A stretch of 64,000 nucleotides of DNA from Eledone cirrhosa. Taxonomy: Eukaryota. Both the position numbers and the translations under genes were made by a program. Each line of letters opens with the position of its first letter. The stretch's first letter is position 1. This document shows, in pieces, positions 41,189 through 53,445 of this stretch. The stretch spans positions 238,514,001 through 238,578,000 of the forward strand of contig OZ024741.1 of assembly GCA_964016885.1 (NCBI GenBank), read 5' to 3'. The notes beneath the pieces are model-generated. The model was not told the DNA's origin and did not search any database. It saw nothing but the letters and a program-made list of their open reading frames with translations.

Positions 41189-42203
41189 CTAGCAGCAGTA
41201 CCCAGCGTTGCCTGGGTAGGTAAAATAATATCTGCTTTGATGAAAAGGTGTTGATCTTAACGACTGCTTCTCGATGTCTCATCTATGGCCACAGACAGGT
41301 CATGCAGGGGAGGGTGGTGATGACCTCTATCACTGAGAAATGCGGGTGACTGACGAAGGGGCATGCTGGGGAGGGAGGTAATGACCTCTAACACTAAGCC
41401 AAATTTCCTCACGCTACTTGATTGGAAACCGATGAATTCTCAAATACACAATTAAAAGCTCAGATGACATCAGTGGCCATCGTTTTGCCTTTGACCATCT
41501 ATAAGATGTGCAATGATAGATTCTATCGTAGTATAAAAGTTGAACCAAATAAATTGATTTATGTGTGAGGTGGAGCCGAAGTTTCGAATTCGAACAAAAT
41601 CGGTTGAAAAATGTGGGAGCTAAAGCCGAAAAGGCAGAAATTTGAGCGAAAAGCGTGGTATTTTCGAATATTTAAGCAACTGCCACGCCGTTCTTGAACA
41701 AAATAATCCAAAATATAAAGCCACTTCAAGACGTGAAATAATCAGATCTAGCGTAGTGTAAAATTTAAACAAAATAGGTTAATGAATGTGGGAGCTAAAG
41801 CCAAAAAATTTGAGTCTAAAAGTGGTATTTTTGAATATTTAAGCGGCTGCCACGCCGTCCCTGAACAACAAATGCAAAATATAAAGCCATTACAGGATGT
41901 GCAATGATAAATTCTATTTTGCTTTAAAATTTGAACGAAATCGGTGGCAAAATGTGGGAGCTAGAGCCAAAAATCTTATTTTTCGATACCTAAAAAAAAG
42001 TGACCCCCCTATCGATTTTTATCTGCAGAATGACGCCGGAATAAAAAAAGACGATACGCTGATATATAGAAAACACTCTCCAATGACTAATCTATGAGCC
42101 TGTAAAGTTTCATGAAGACCGGTCGTAAGATGTAGGCCCCAAAAGGTAATACACAGACACACAGACACACACACACATACTTAATTTTATATATATATAC
42201 AGG
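41189..42203 (-). mobile_element. Non-autonomous Helitron in intron 1 of copy 4
   Basis: Minus strand ends in the hairpin acccaggcaacgctgggt plus CTAG and starts with a (TA)n/(GTCT)-type microsatellite head. Inserted between A and T without a TSD relative to the empty site at ~30988. Internal repeats (atgtgggagcta x3). Confidence 0.85.
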
Positions 42204-42246
42204 TATATGAAATATATCTTAGAAGAATTGTTGTAATCATAAATAC

Positions 42247-44649
42247 CTGTGGAACAGGTGGAAGTCTTCTGGGTGTTGTTGAGAATTTCCATTCATTAGT
42301 TAACTGCTCCATCTCTGGATATGGACTTTTAGGGTTTATTGACTGAAGATTTCTAGCAAATATATCGTCTGCATTTCTGGTTATTGCAACAGGATTGTTG
42401 GTGTGATACAGTATTTGTCTCATCTCAGTCGGAGATAGGAATTTTGGATTATCTGTTGTTGTAGGTGAGTTATTGGTGTGATTAATACATCTGAAAACAC
42501 ACAGTGTTATTGACACTACAATAGCCACAGATATTATTACAGCTGCTGCTACAATGATAATTACCCAAGTCATATTGAGGTTGTTACCAGTCTGTAAGTG
42601 GACAGCAGTCAACATTGGAGATGTATCATTACTAACAAACAATGTTAGTATGATAGCAGTTGTTGCTGATTGAACTGGAGTACCACCATCTTTCACTATA
42701 AACTGTAGGTCATATGTTCCTGCATCATTTTGGTAAACTGCCCGAGAGAAAGATAAGACACCAGTGTGGGAGTTGACTGTAAACAGGTTTTTATCATTAG
42801 ATCTCAGTATTCCATATGTGAGGAAAGCATTGTTTCCAGTGTCTTTGTCAGAGGCTTTCAGAATTGTGATGTCTTTCTTATTGTGAGGATGGTAGTGGAC
42901 ATCTAGATTGTAAGGGTCATTAATAGGAAAGGTAAAATAGGGAGCATTATCATTTTTATCTAGAATCTCAATAACAATATTGGCAGTGTTATTCAGAGAA
43001 GGTGTTCCATTATCTTTGACTAAAATCTGGAATTTATAGATGTCTTTTACTTCCCGATCTATTGATTGTGATGTAGAAATAAATCCATATTTTGTAAGTT
43101 GGAAAGGAATGTTATCATTGTTGTTATCATTGATGATAGAATATGTAAGTTGACCTCCATCTTCAAGATCAGGGTCTGTAGCATTGATGAAGCCAATAGG
43201 GAAGTCAACTTTCTGGTTTTCATAGGTGAGGAATTGGAATGTATCTTTGGTAAAATGTGGCTGTACATCATTGACATCAGTTACTTTGACAGAGAATTGC
43301 TTCTTAGTCTTTAACTGAGGTGATCCCATGTCATGACATACAATAGATACAACATAGTGGTCTATAGTTTCTCTATCAAGAGGTTCTTTCACCAATATTT
43401 TATATTCTTTAGAACTCATATTAGAAAGTTGAAACATTTTATGGTGAATATTACATTTAATTTGTCCATTAGATCCACTATCAGTATCAATAACCATAAC
43501 ATAAGCTATAAAACTACCAATGTTACTTGCTTCTGAAATAGCAGTAGAGGTCTCCGTTAAAGGTGACACAAAATCTATATTTATAGTAGGGGCATTATTT
43601 TGGTTGTTAATTACATTAATGATTAAGATTGCCATAGAGCTTAATGGGGGTTTTCCCCCATCCCTGGCCTCTATATATAATTGGTATTTACTTTCTTTAT
43701 TTTTAAAAAAGTTATCATTGATATAAATATTTCCAATTTTCCGATTTAATTTAAATTGTTTTCTTGCATATTTATTTGTATTTCTGTGTAAATAGTAAGT
43801 AATATTTCCATTTTGGCCAGAATCTTTGTCTGTAGCTGATACAACAAATACAGGAGAAGATATGTGATGTGTATCACTGATGGTGATATTGTATGTTTGT
43901 TGAGAAAACATTGGTTGATTATCATTGACATCTATAACAGATATTTCTATGTTTAGAATTCCTTCCTTTGGTGGAGAACCTCCATCTTTAGCAATCAATT
44001 GTAACATGTAGGTGTCTTTTAATTCCCTGTCTAATTTTTCTTCAAGTATAATTTCCAATATATTTCTTCCATCAAATCCTTTAAACATCGATAGTGAGAA
44101 TTTTTTACTTTTATCTTTGAGTTTATATGTGATGTTAGAATTGAGAACACCAACGTCTTTATCAACAGCATTTGGTATTGATTTTGTTGATCCTTTAGCA
44201 TCTGTTTCATCAAACTCTATTTTAGTTAGATCTTCAAGAAATTCTGGGGAATGGTCATTGATGTCTTCTATAAACATTTTTATCTTCAATATTTTTATAA
44301 ATGTCTCTCCTTTCCTTACTGCTACTTTAACAATTCTGGAACATTCCTTGTTATATGTACACAATGACTCAGCATCCAGTGTCTGTGTAGTGTATAGTTT
44401 TCCTGTGTTAGTGATATTAAATAGGTGAGAACCACTTGACACTCTCCTTTGTAGTTGTGTAAATGTAATGAGAGTGTGTTGTTGATGTGTAAGAGAGTGT
44501 GTTAAGTTAGAATCAATAGCAATGTCTCCTATATAGGTGTGAGGACTCTCTTCTTCATTGACATGGTATGTAATGTCTATGTCTATGGACACAACAGAAT
44601 ACATCAGTCCACAGAGAAGGTAAAACTTTAGGCTATTGTTGTCGTTCAT
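42247..44649 (-). CDS. Pcdh: Protocadherin copy 4, large coding exon
   Basis: 820-aa ORF with 801 codons to a CAG|GTATTT donor. Has a 6-nt duplication (IDID) near the signal-peptide end and a 3-nt deletion in the tail. Confidence 0.95.
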
Positions 44650-44919
44650 CTTTGTAAGTCATCATTACTCATGGATTCTGCTTTCTATAAAGAAAGAAAA
44701 TGCTGATGTTAATTATACGATCATAGGTTAAAATTCTAATAATGAGAAAGTTATGTTACTTGATATGTGACACATATATATATGATATTGTTTTTGAGAT
44801 TTTGTAATATTGTAAAATAATATATTTAGTAAACCAAAAATTTAGCCTAATCTAAAAGTTTATACATCATATTTGCATTAGATAAGAAAAAAACAAAAAC
44901 AAATAGGACAGGGAATTCT

Positions 44920-47490
44920 ATCAAAAAAAGAAATTGGAATGGAAAGGAGTTAGTTAAAGTCCAATATTAGAAATTTCAGTTTAAATTCAATATCTATAAA
45001 TCCAGGATAAGCACGTTCCCTGGAATAGAAGCCAACATGTGAGCCTTATTTGGTTATGATGACACTGAAGCTAAAACTGAAATGGATCCATTAGAAAGGA
45101 GCCACATATATTAGTTTTGTTGTAAACCAACTCAAAGATCTAGCACCATTTGAGGTGAAAATGTGACAGGTTTGCAATCCTTCAAATTCTAGTAGAAGAT
45201 ATAAACTCCTTGATCAACATCACAGTAGCATTGAGTGAAACTGCATGGGAAATGCAAGAGGGAAGAAGGAAAAAAGAAACTATAGGTCACTGATGACCTA
45301 TTGATACTATGTGAATTAAAATGTGAACTGAAAAAGACCAAATTAATATGTCTGGAGGCAAGGCAGCAATGTAACACTAAATAATTTAAAACTGTATACA
45401 GCTATGGTGCGACCACACTTGGAATTCACATCATCAGTCTGGAACCCCTATCTTGCTCGGAACATTGACCTCCTGGAAACTGTTCAGAGACGTGCAACCA
45501 AGCGCATACCCTCCATCAGACACCTACCATACTCTGAACGCCTTGCTTCCCTGGGCATGGATTCATTGAAGCTCTGACGTCTGGCAATGGACTTGGTGAA
45601 TACCCACAAAGTTTTTAACCATCTCGCCAACTGCAACCCTGAGCGCCTCTTTGATCTCCATGTGTCTAACACACGTGGACATGCCTACAAGATAAGAAAA
45701 CAGCACAGCTCCCATGACTTTCGCAGACATTTTTTCACGCTCAGAGTTGCTGAAGCATGGAACAAACTGCCTGCGTCAATTGTTAGCTGCCGAGACACTG
45801 CATCCTTTAAGACACTCATGCTTCCCGAAATACGCCAAAACTACACCTGATGTACCCCTTCCATACACATGCACACATGTGTGTATCATGACTCGTGCAC
45901 TGTTCATTTTGCTGATGTTTGTGCATTGCCCTATGTACTGTACATGCACTTTTTTGATGAGTTGTGGTGCACCTGGGCGCTGTACACAATATTTCATTAT
46001 TGTTATTGTTATTATATCATGACTCATACACTGTTCATTTTCCTGACATTTGTACATTATTCTATGTACTATACATGCACCTTTGATGAGTTGTAGTGCA
46101 CCTGAGCACTGTACACAATAATTTCATTATTATTATTATTATTATAAGAAGGTCAGGATGAAAATGAAAGAAGCCAAAGAGAAATGGATAACAAACCAAT
46201 ACAAAAACATCAAAACCAGGATAAAAATAGGGCACCAGCAAGGTTGCTTTTGAAGTTGCTTTTTAAACCCTGAAAATCTAATGAAAATAAAGCAACACTT
46301 CCCCACTGACTTACTCCTCATACTTCTCATAAAGGACACTCTCTTTGAAATATGGTCTGAGTATTGCAAAGACCTTTATAACCAAAAATTCAGATATGAT
46401 ACCAACATCCTGGATAATTCCACCAACAAGAATAGGGAACTTGGGGATACTTCAATTATACATGATGAAGTATAATTAGTAACCCCAGTAAAGTACTTCT
46501 ATACAGACTTTGGGGGAAGGCAGAATAAATTCTTACAAAACAGGCAAGATTCATATCTAAAAAGTGTACAGTGAAGAAAATATTTAACATCATACAGCTA
46601 ACCAAGAAATAACTACAGCCCCAGTCTGACTTCTATCATAACTTCATTGACTTCAAGAAAACCTTTGACCACCTTTAGCACAAGGGTTTTTGGCAGGTGA
46701 TGAAGAATTACATCTTCAACATGATCTAAGTAATCCAAGTATTGTACAAACATTTAATCAAAGCATTTCTCCTGAATAACATCAAAGAATTCAGGAAAAC
46801 AGTTGGAATTCAAAAAGAATGTATCTTCTCTCCAGTTCTTTTCAACATCTTCCTGGAGAATATCATGCAAGAGACACTCCAAGAGTTCCACATCACTATT
46901 TCCATTGGGGGATGGCACACTTTCAACCTACGTTTCACTTGAGAAAATGACAAGTCTTGGCATTGCCTCTTCTGACATGATGAAGCTGACCTCCATTATC
47001 TGTTCAATGAGGCTCAAATTGTACAAGTGCTGGGTCACCCTGATCGATTTATATACGTATCAGTGCTGAAATATTGCAGCTGATATGGAATGAAGAATCC
47101 GGGTATTCGAGGACAAGTGCTTTTAAAGGCTGCTACACATCCCATACACAGAACATGAAACAAACAGCACTGTCAGTCAACAAGAGAGCAAATATGCTGG
47201 CAGAACGGAACCACTCCTTGCAATGATGAAAATATGGAAGACCACCTGGTACAGTCACATATCCCACCTTGATTCTCCCTCTAAAACCATCCTTTAGGTG
47301 TCAGTTGAAGAAAAGAGTCAAAAGAAAATCCTGTTCCAAAAATATCAAGCACTGGACAGACCATAACATTACGACCTATCTACACATGACAGGAAATAGA
47401 GACCAGTGGTGACAGCTGCCTGCAAAAACGTCTAGAGTGGCACCCCAACCACTGGCTGCTCTTGTTGCAAGAACTTGATGATAATGAATG
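44920..47490 (+). mobile_element. RTE-clade LINE relic upstream of copy 4, interrupted by a CR1-like insertion
   Basis: Paralog of 8090-9863 (FRKTVGIQKECIFSPVLFNIFLENIMQE). Confidence 0.75.
45378..46143 (+). mobile_element. CR1/L2-like LINE 3' end nested in the RTE relic, with a duplicated 3' tail
   Basis: LYTAMVRPHLEF...TRGHAYKIRKQH...WNKLP, two successive 3' UTR copies and an (ATT)n tail. Confidence 0.85.
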
Positions 47491-49115
47491 GTAATCAGAG
47501 ACTAGGGCTATACCCTTCTCACACATGGAAATTGCTCCAACATAATCATTCAACTGTGAATTAAAAAAGTGTTTCAAATGATATCATTGATTATGTGTTT
47601 TTGTTCATCAGAATCAAATCACACACAGCCTGTTTCTTTAACACTTTTGTCACTGCAACAATGCGACATTTTTAATCTATTTTATTTCCTTCTTTACACA
47701 TTTCATGTTCTCTTGTAACCATTTATTAGTCTTTAAGGGGACACTGATGGAACAAAACCTATTGACGAAATCATTCCTACCATGATCATCCTAACTTTTT
47801 TTACTAGGTACAATGCTCCCAATATTACATCACGAATCAGTACTTCTTTTCTAAGAAAGAAGTGTGTGGTCTGAGATAGATGGACTGCTATTTATAGAAC
47901 GTCAAACGACTGTGTAGAGGTGTCTTAGTCGATACATGAACAGCAAGCAAATATTACGCCGGGTAAAACAGAGTTGTCTCCCTCTCATTCATTGCATATA
48001 TCTCTACATAATTGCATTGTTTGTGGGTAAGATCAATGCAAATTTTATAGAAAATATTGATTTGTTCTTTCTCTAATAAACTATATTGTAACTGTCTTCT
48101 AAGTATATAATGACATTGTGGGAAATGGGGCATATATATTGAGTTTTATCAGTTAATTGTGCATATTATCAGAATTTTATTAAAACGTTAGTTGCTGATT
48201 GTTAATTACTTGACGAGATACCAGTAGGTTAAACAGGTAAGTCAAACAGCAGCCTATTTTGGTTCAGAATGATATATTTTCTCTTCAAGGAAAATATATT
48301 TCTGAGATTATATAGAATAAACAAGCCTATTAAACATTCCTGATTACTTTTGTTTGGAGAGAAATAGAGGCCTTATTTAGGCTTGAGAGGTATATTGTAG
48401 GAATAAAGAGCATGTCCTCTGTATATTATTATCAAGTTGCCTTTAATTGAATATTATTGTGGCTTCAGTAGAGGCAGACAAAATAATTTAGTGTGCCTGA
48501 GTCCTTTTTCTTTTTATTCACTGGAGATAATAACCATGAATAAACCTTGTACCTAATGTGGCTTTTGAGATTCAGATTATATTGGAGTTTGTATGTATAT
48601 TTTGTGAGTAACATATGTGAGGAATGGTCATTATTGTTAGTTTGTAGTTTGGTGTTTAATGAAAGAAACATTTAGGGCCCAGGAGAAAGAGGCTGATTTA
48701 TATATGTAAATAATTGTCTGAAAAAATAGTGTTTGCTTCCTTATTTTGGTTAAATATTATGTTTGTGCATTTTTGTGGTGGATTTAGTCTCATGTGTAGT
48801 TTGTTTTTAATGTTTATTATATGGGAATTAAAAGTATATGCTACATATTATGTTAGTACACCTTCTAACTTTCATAAATTGGTGCAATATGTATAAGAGA
48901 AATGAAAAGGCTTAAGAGATTTAATTTTGTGCTTCAAGTTCACATTCCTCTGTGTTGGGTTACACTACACAGCACCTGAGAAAAGTGTCTTCTACCAGAG
49001 CTTTACTACACAGCACCTGGGAAAAGTGTCTTCTACCAGAGCTTTGTATTGTCTAATTGTGTTTGAGTGGAAATTGGTCAGTAGAAACTGTGTGGAAGCC
49101 CATTGTGTATATATA

Positions 49116-49400
49116 TCATCATCATCATCGTTTAACGTCTATCTTCCATGCTAGCATGGGTTAGACGGAAATTGTCCCACTTAAGGCAAGATTGGTTGGG
49201 TGACCGTGTCTCGCTCGTATAGGACTATCTGGCAGGTTTTCTATAGCTGGATGCCCTTCCTAACACCAACCATATTTAGAGTGTGGACTGGGAGCTTTTT
49301 ACCGTGTTACCTACACGACCACATTACAGCGTGGATTGTGTGTTTTTTTTGTCGTGACACCTACACGACCTCATTAGTTTGGACTGGATATTGTGGTACC
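49116..49400 (-). mobile_element. Short retroposon with (TGA)n tail (SINE/RTE-type 3' end); further tail fragments at 1-70 (+), ~10285-10340 (-) and ~13297-13340 (+)
   Basis: Shared motif ctaacccatgctagcatggaa...gacgttaaacgatgatga. Absent from the homologous spacers. Confidence 0.65.
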
Positions 49401-49565
49401 AACATAACTTTAAAGGAAAATGAGGAAGCTGGTAAAACACTAATTTTACTGGCATTTATTGAGATATGTGAGATTCGTTTATTTCAAATAGGCATTGCAC
49501 ATAGCTTCAACTAATTTAACTGCCTTGTTTGGCATGTGTTTAGTTACCATGAATATGTATTTTCA

Positions 49566-50438
49566 AATATCTCTCTCTATATAATATTCTTTGTCCTTCT
49601 GTCTGTCTGCCTTTTCCTTATGCATTCCTAAACGGCTCAACCAATTCAAATTAAATTTTACAAGGTAATAAATATTATTAGACCCTGAGAGCGTCAAAAT
49701 ATATTTTTTATTATATAATTTTATAACATCAAAGAAGAAAAACATTCTGAGTTTGCTAACCAAGCTGACAGCTATTTCTAGCAGGGTGGGAATCAACCAT
49801 AAGGGATTCTCTCTGTGCGTTAGTTGTCAATGATTGGGTTTTGTAGCTAGTGTCTCCAGTTCGAACGCTGGTTGACACACACACACACACACAAACACTC
49901 ATACACATTTATACACAATTATCTATATATAATTATCTATATCTACATATAATATAAAATATTGGAACTTCCATCATCCTTTTGAGAAATGTGACATGCT
50001 ACTTCTATGCAATGGCACACACTTTACAGCCAGGAGACGAATGAACCATCTCCTAGAGGTCACTATTCATGGAGGCAATAATTAAGGACAAAATGCATTT
50101 ATTCCCAAGATTCCTCTTATCCTTTCCTCTACCAAGTTGCCTTTCAAATTCTCAAGACTGTTCAGTGTTAGAGCCTACATAAAACTCAGGCTCAGAGTTT
50201 CAAAACTTGTAGGTTGTTCATGATTGGGAACACACAGAAATCGTAATATACTATGCATGAACAGTAAAACAAAGAATCAGGTATATCTGGAAGATTTTTT
50301 ACTGTTTATTTATTTTTTGTGGTCACACACACACACACCTCATACTGTAAACCAGACAAACATCCAATACAATCATTTTCTCTTCTACCTGTCTTCTCTT
50401 ATCTGTTTACCCAGACAAAGCAGGGTACATCAGCTACT
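49566..50438 (+). mobile_element. Helitron relic (longer paralog of 11925-12478)
   Basis: Same helicase remnant and 3' end, plus a tctatata/ctgtctgt 5' head. Confidence 0.7.
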
Positions 50439-50455
50439 ATATGCATATAAATATC

Positions 50456-50490
<35 letters not shown>

Positions 50491-50667
50491 GTAAGATTAA
50501 CTTACAGTCTATTATGTTTCAAAATGTCTAGTGCTTATGGAAAAACCATATACGATTGTTGAAACAGAATTAAGTCACTCCGTAAAGTAATCTTTATTGA
50601 ACATTTATATTTAAGTCTTCTGACTGAAGACATGAGTGTTTTGCTAGTATTCGTTTTTAAAAATAAA

Positions 50668-50707
<40 letters not shown>

Positions 50708-50830
50708 AAAGTTCTATTTAAAATTGTTGGGATACAACAAGTAAATATTTTATAACTGATATAAAGCACTCGACAAGTTTTTGGAGTAGATATACGATAT
50801 TAAATAAATGGAAACTATATTTATAAAACC

Positions 50831-50906
50831 ATATTTATTTCATTATACATATTTCAGGGATACCAAATTAAAATATGGTATGGCTTCATCAGACAAAATA
50901 CAATAT
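50831..50906 (-). ncRNA. Mirror-image hammerhead ribozyme motif on the protocadherin sense strand
   Basis: Reverse-complement copy of 51010-51085 with one extra mismatch in stem II (agccatacca). Confidence 0.65.
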
Positions 50907-51009
50907 ATAAACAGTTTTATAAATAATTTTGACGTACCCTATTAGATGCAACCAAAAATAATGGTTGCATCTAATAGGGTACGTCAAAATTATTTATAAA
51001 ACTGTTTAT

Positions 51010-51085
51010 ATATTGTATTTTGTCTGATGAAGGCATACCATATTTTAATTTGGTATCCCTGAAATATGTATAATGAAATAAATAT
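51010..51085 (+). ncRNA. Minimal type I hammerhead ribozyme motif (Penelope-like type)
   Basis: Stem I 5' strand atattgtattttgt, then CTGATGA (51024-30), stem II aggcatacca/tggtatccct, GAAA (51061-64), a 2-bp stem III with a quasi-palindromic AUGU loop, an AUA cleavage triplet (cut after 51072) and stem I 3' strand atgaaataaatat. Folded by eye. Confidence 0.75.
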
Positions 51086-52256
51086 GGTTTTATAAATATA
51101 GTTTCCATTTATTTACTATCGTATATATATATATATGAAATGTGAAGTCCCCTGTGATATATGTCTACATGGAATTACAGAGAGACCCCCATGTCACTCT
51201 CACCATTAGTAATAGTGCAGTGTACCATTGACTCGCTTGTTTGAAACATATAAACAACAACTATATTGCAATATCAAATAAATAAATGAAAATGTGGTGT
51301 TATATCTGTAAAGAATACTCTATTCTAACTTTGTTCCATAATTATGAAATAATTATTTGTTAAGATTATTCTTTATAAGATATAATTGATATAAAATAGT
51401 AAAATGAGAGAAGAAAAATAATGAACATCTATTGAAAATGTGTTTTCACTGAATTAACATTTGGAAAATCAAGAAATTGGAATCGAGTTGTATTAAGGAC
51501 AACAAAGTAATGCTTGATATGTTTCATTTTCTATTATAGTAAATACATTTATTATTCAGACAATATGCTTTTGAAGGATACTTTAGCAATATATTTAAAG
51601 TGATATATTTGTTATATCTGTCTTTATTTATAGCCTCACTTAAATATATAGGTGATAATTTCATTATTAAAATTTAAAAAATTAACTAATATTAAACAAA
51701 GTGATTTGGAAGTGAAAACATTAATATTTACTTTGGGAATATTGGTGAAATAATGAAATAACTGCAACATAGAATGAAAACCAAGTTATCTATTGTTGAT
51801 GGAGAAAACTATTGTTGAAATGAAAATATTTGTACTTTCTTTAATCTTGAATTATTTACATTCTAAATGTTCGTTGATAATGATATATACATATATATAT
51901 TCCTGTATTTAATTCATCATCAAATACCTACCAGCAACCAATAAAATTCACTATTCTATACCTCCTAATTCCAATACTTTATATTGTATAAAACATTATA
52001 TATGAAAAAATTAAATAAACATCTCTTATTAGATTTGTGTAATGACAGCTCTGAAAAATCTCTTCGTAGAAGTAACTATACTATTGCAACAGTAAATGTT
52101 CTTCATAATGGAGGAATTAATGGCTGAATTTTTATGAATCTCTTCATATCATAGACACTGTATATTTATCATGGAATATACTTTAGTAATTATACATCCC
52201 TCATGCTGCAATACTTAAATATATATCACCTAAATCTTAATTGTTAAAATACTTAC

Positions 52257-52462
52257 CTACATTGCTTAATCCTTTGTCTCTATCTTTCACAGAAGACATT
52301 CATCATGGCGTAGTGATCCAGTGTAACTGCTGCTGTAGTAGTGTCACAATAGCAGTATCTTCATGGTATAGATTTGTGAGTCATAGTGGGGTGGTAGCTT
52401 CATTTTAAAGGATATATTTATCTGTGTATATTGCATTCATTAAATTTAATTTTTTGTCTTTT
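52257..52462 (-). other. Conserved putative non-coding exon (unit 5)
   Basis: Homologous block; the donor TAG|GTAAGT is retained in the most divergent unit. Confidence 0.5.
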
Positions 52463-53260
52463 CTAAATAAAATTTTATAATTTTTAATGTACCTTGATCT
52501 ATAGATGAGTACAAATTATTTATTGAATTTTCTCTAAAAAATTTTCAATTCTAAATTCACATCTGGAAACATATTCTTAGACATGTTCACATACATACAC
52601 TAACATGCTGAGAGTTGTAACATATTAAGCTTTTAATTCTGCCATCAACAACTATTTCACACTAATACTATTAATATGAATTACAATATGATTATTTATT
52701 TAAAATAATGTAAAATTGTAGAATCTGTATCATTTTATCAAAGTTGTTAATATTTACTCAGTTCTAAAAGTAAGCTTCAAATAACAAAAGAAAAATTTAA
52801 TATTTAAAATATAAAGAATGGCAGAATAATTTATAATGAATTACATTAAAATAAAACAGTGACTGAATAATTTATTGTGAATATTTTTCTTTCTAAGCTC
52901 AGATTCTATCAGGGTTGAACCTAAGATTTATAAGTAACTCTAATGTAAATTCAATAATCTATACTTCACACCCCAATATTGATTTAAAATGACACCACCA
53001 AGTAAGATCAGCATGATATTTGTGAAAATTTAGTAATTCAATTGTTTCTTTCATCCCTTAGGCATAGATTTAATACAAATAATTAGAAATAAATATATCT
53101 AATCTATAAATTTTGAGTAATTAGTTAATAAGACATGCTATTTATTGTATTCTTGATAATATAATTTCTGTTTTAATCATGTTGAATATTGATGCTAAAT
53201 CTCAATGTAAAATAATATTTTCTAAGTAAAAAATTAAAATCTTTGCAAAGTTTTGGTTGA

Positions 53261-53349
53261 CTATTTCTTATATATGGGTTCTAAATATGTATCTTGTTCA
53301 TGTTCACCCTTTGGTGTTGGAGGTATGTTTGGTTTATAGTTACTGTATT
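53261..53349 (-). CDS. Pcdh: Protocadherin copy 5, terminal coding exon 3 (...DTYLEPIYKK*)
   Basis: 89 nt. AAA>AAG synonymous and V>I changes preserve the frame up to TAG. Confidence 0.8.
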
Positions 53350-53445
53350 CTGAAATATAAAGAGTTATATTTTAAATAGCATTTTAAACAGGATATTTGT
53401 TGTCATATTATTTCAAGAAATGAATCAAAATATCATTTGTGAATT

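Larger units (their letters stand above)
50704..51126. mobile_element. Penelope-like element remnant (inverted pseudo-LTR pair) in a (TA)n run
   Basis: 165-bp inverted arms (50790-50954 and 50962-51126) with 2 mismatches and a 7-nt spacer, carrying hammerhead motifs and flanked by (TA)n. The homologous site near 12715 is empty. Confidence 0.65.
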
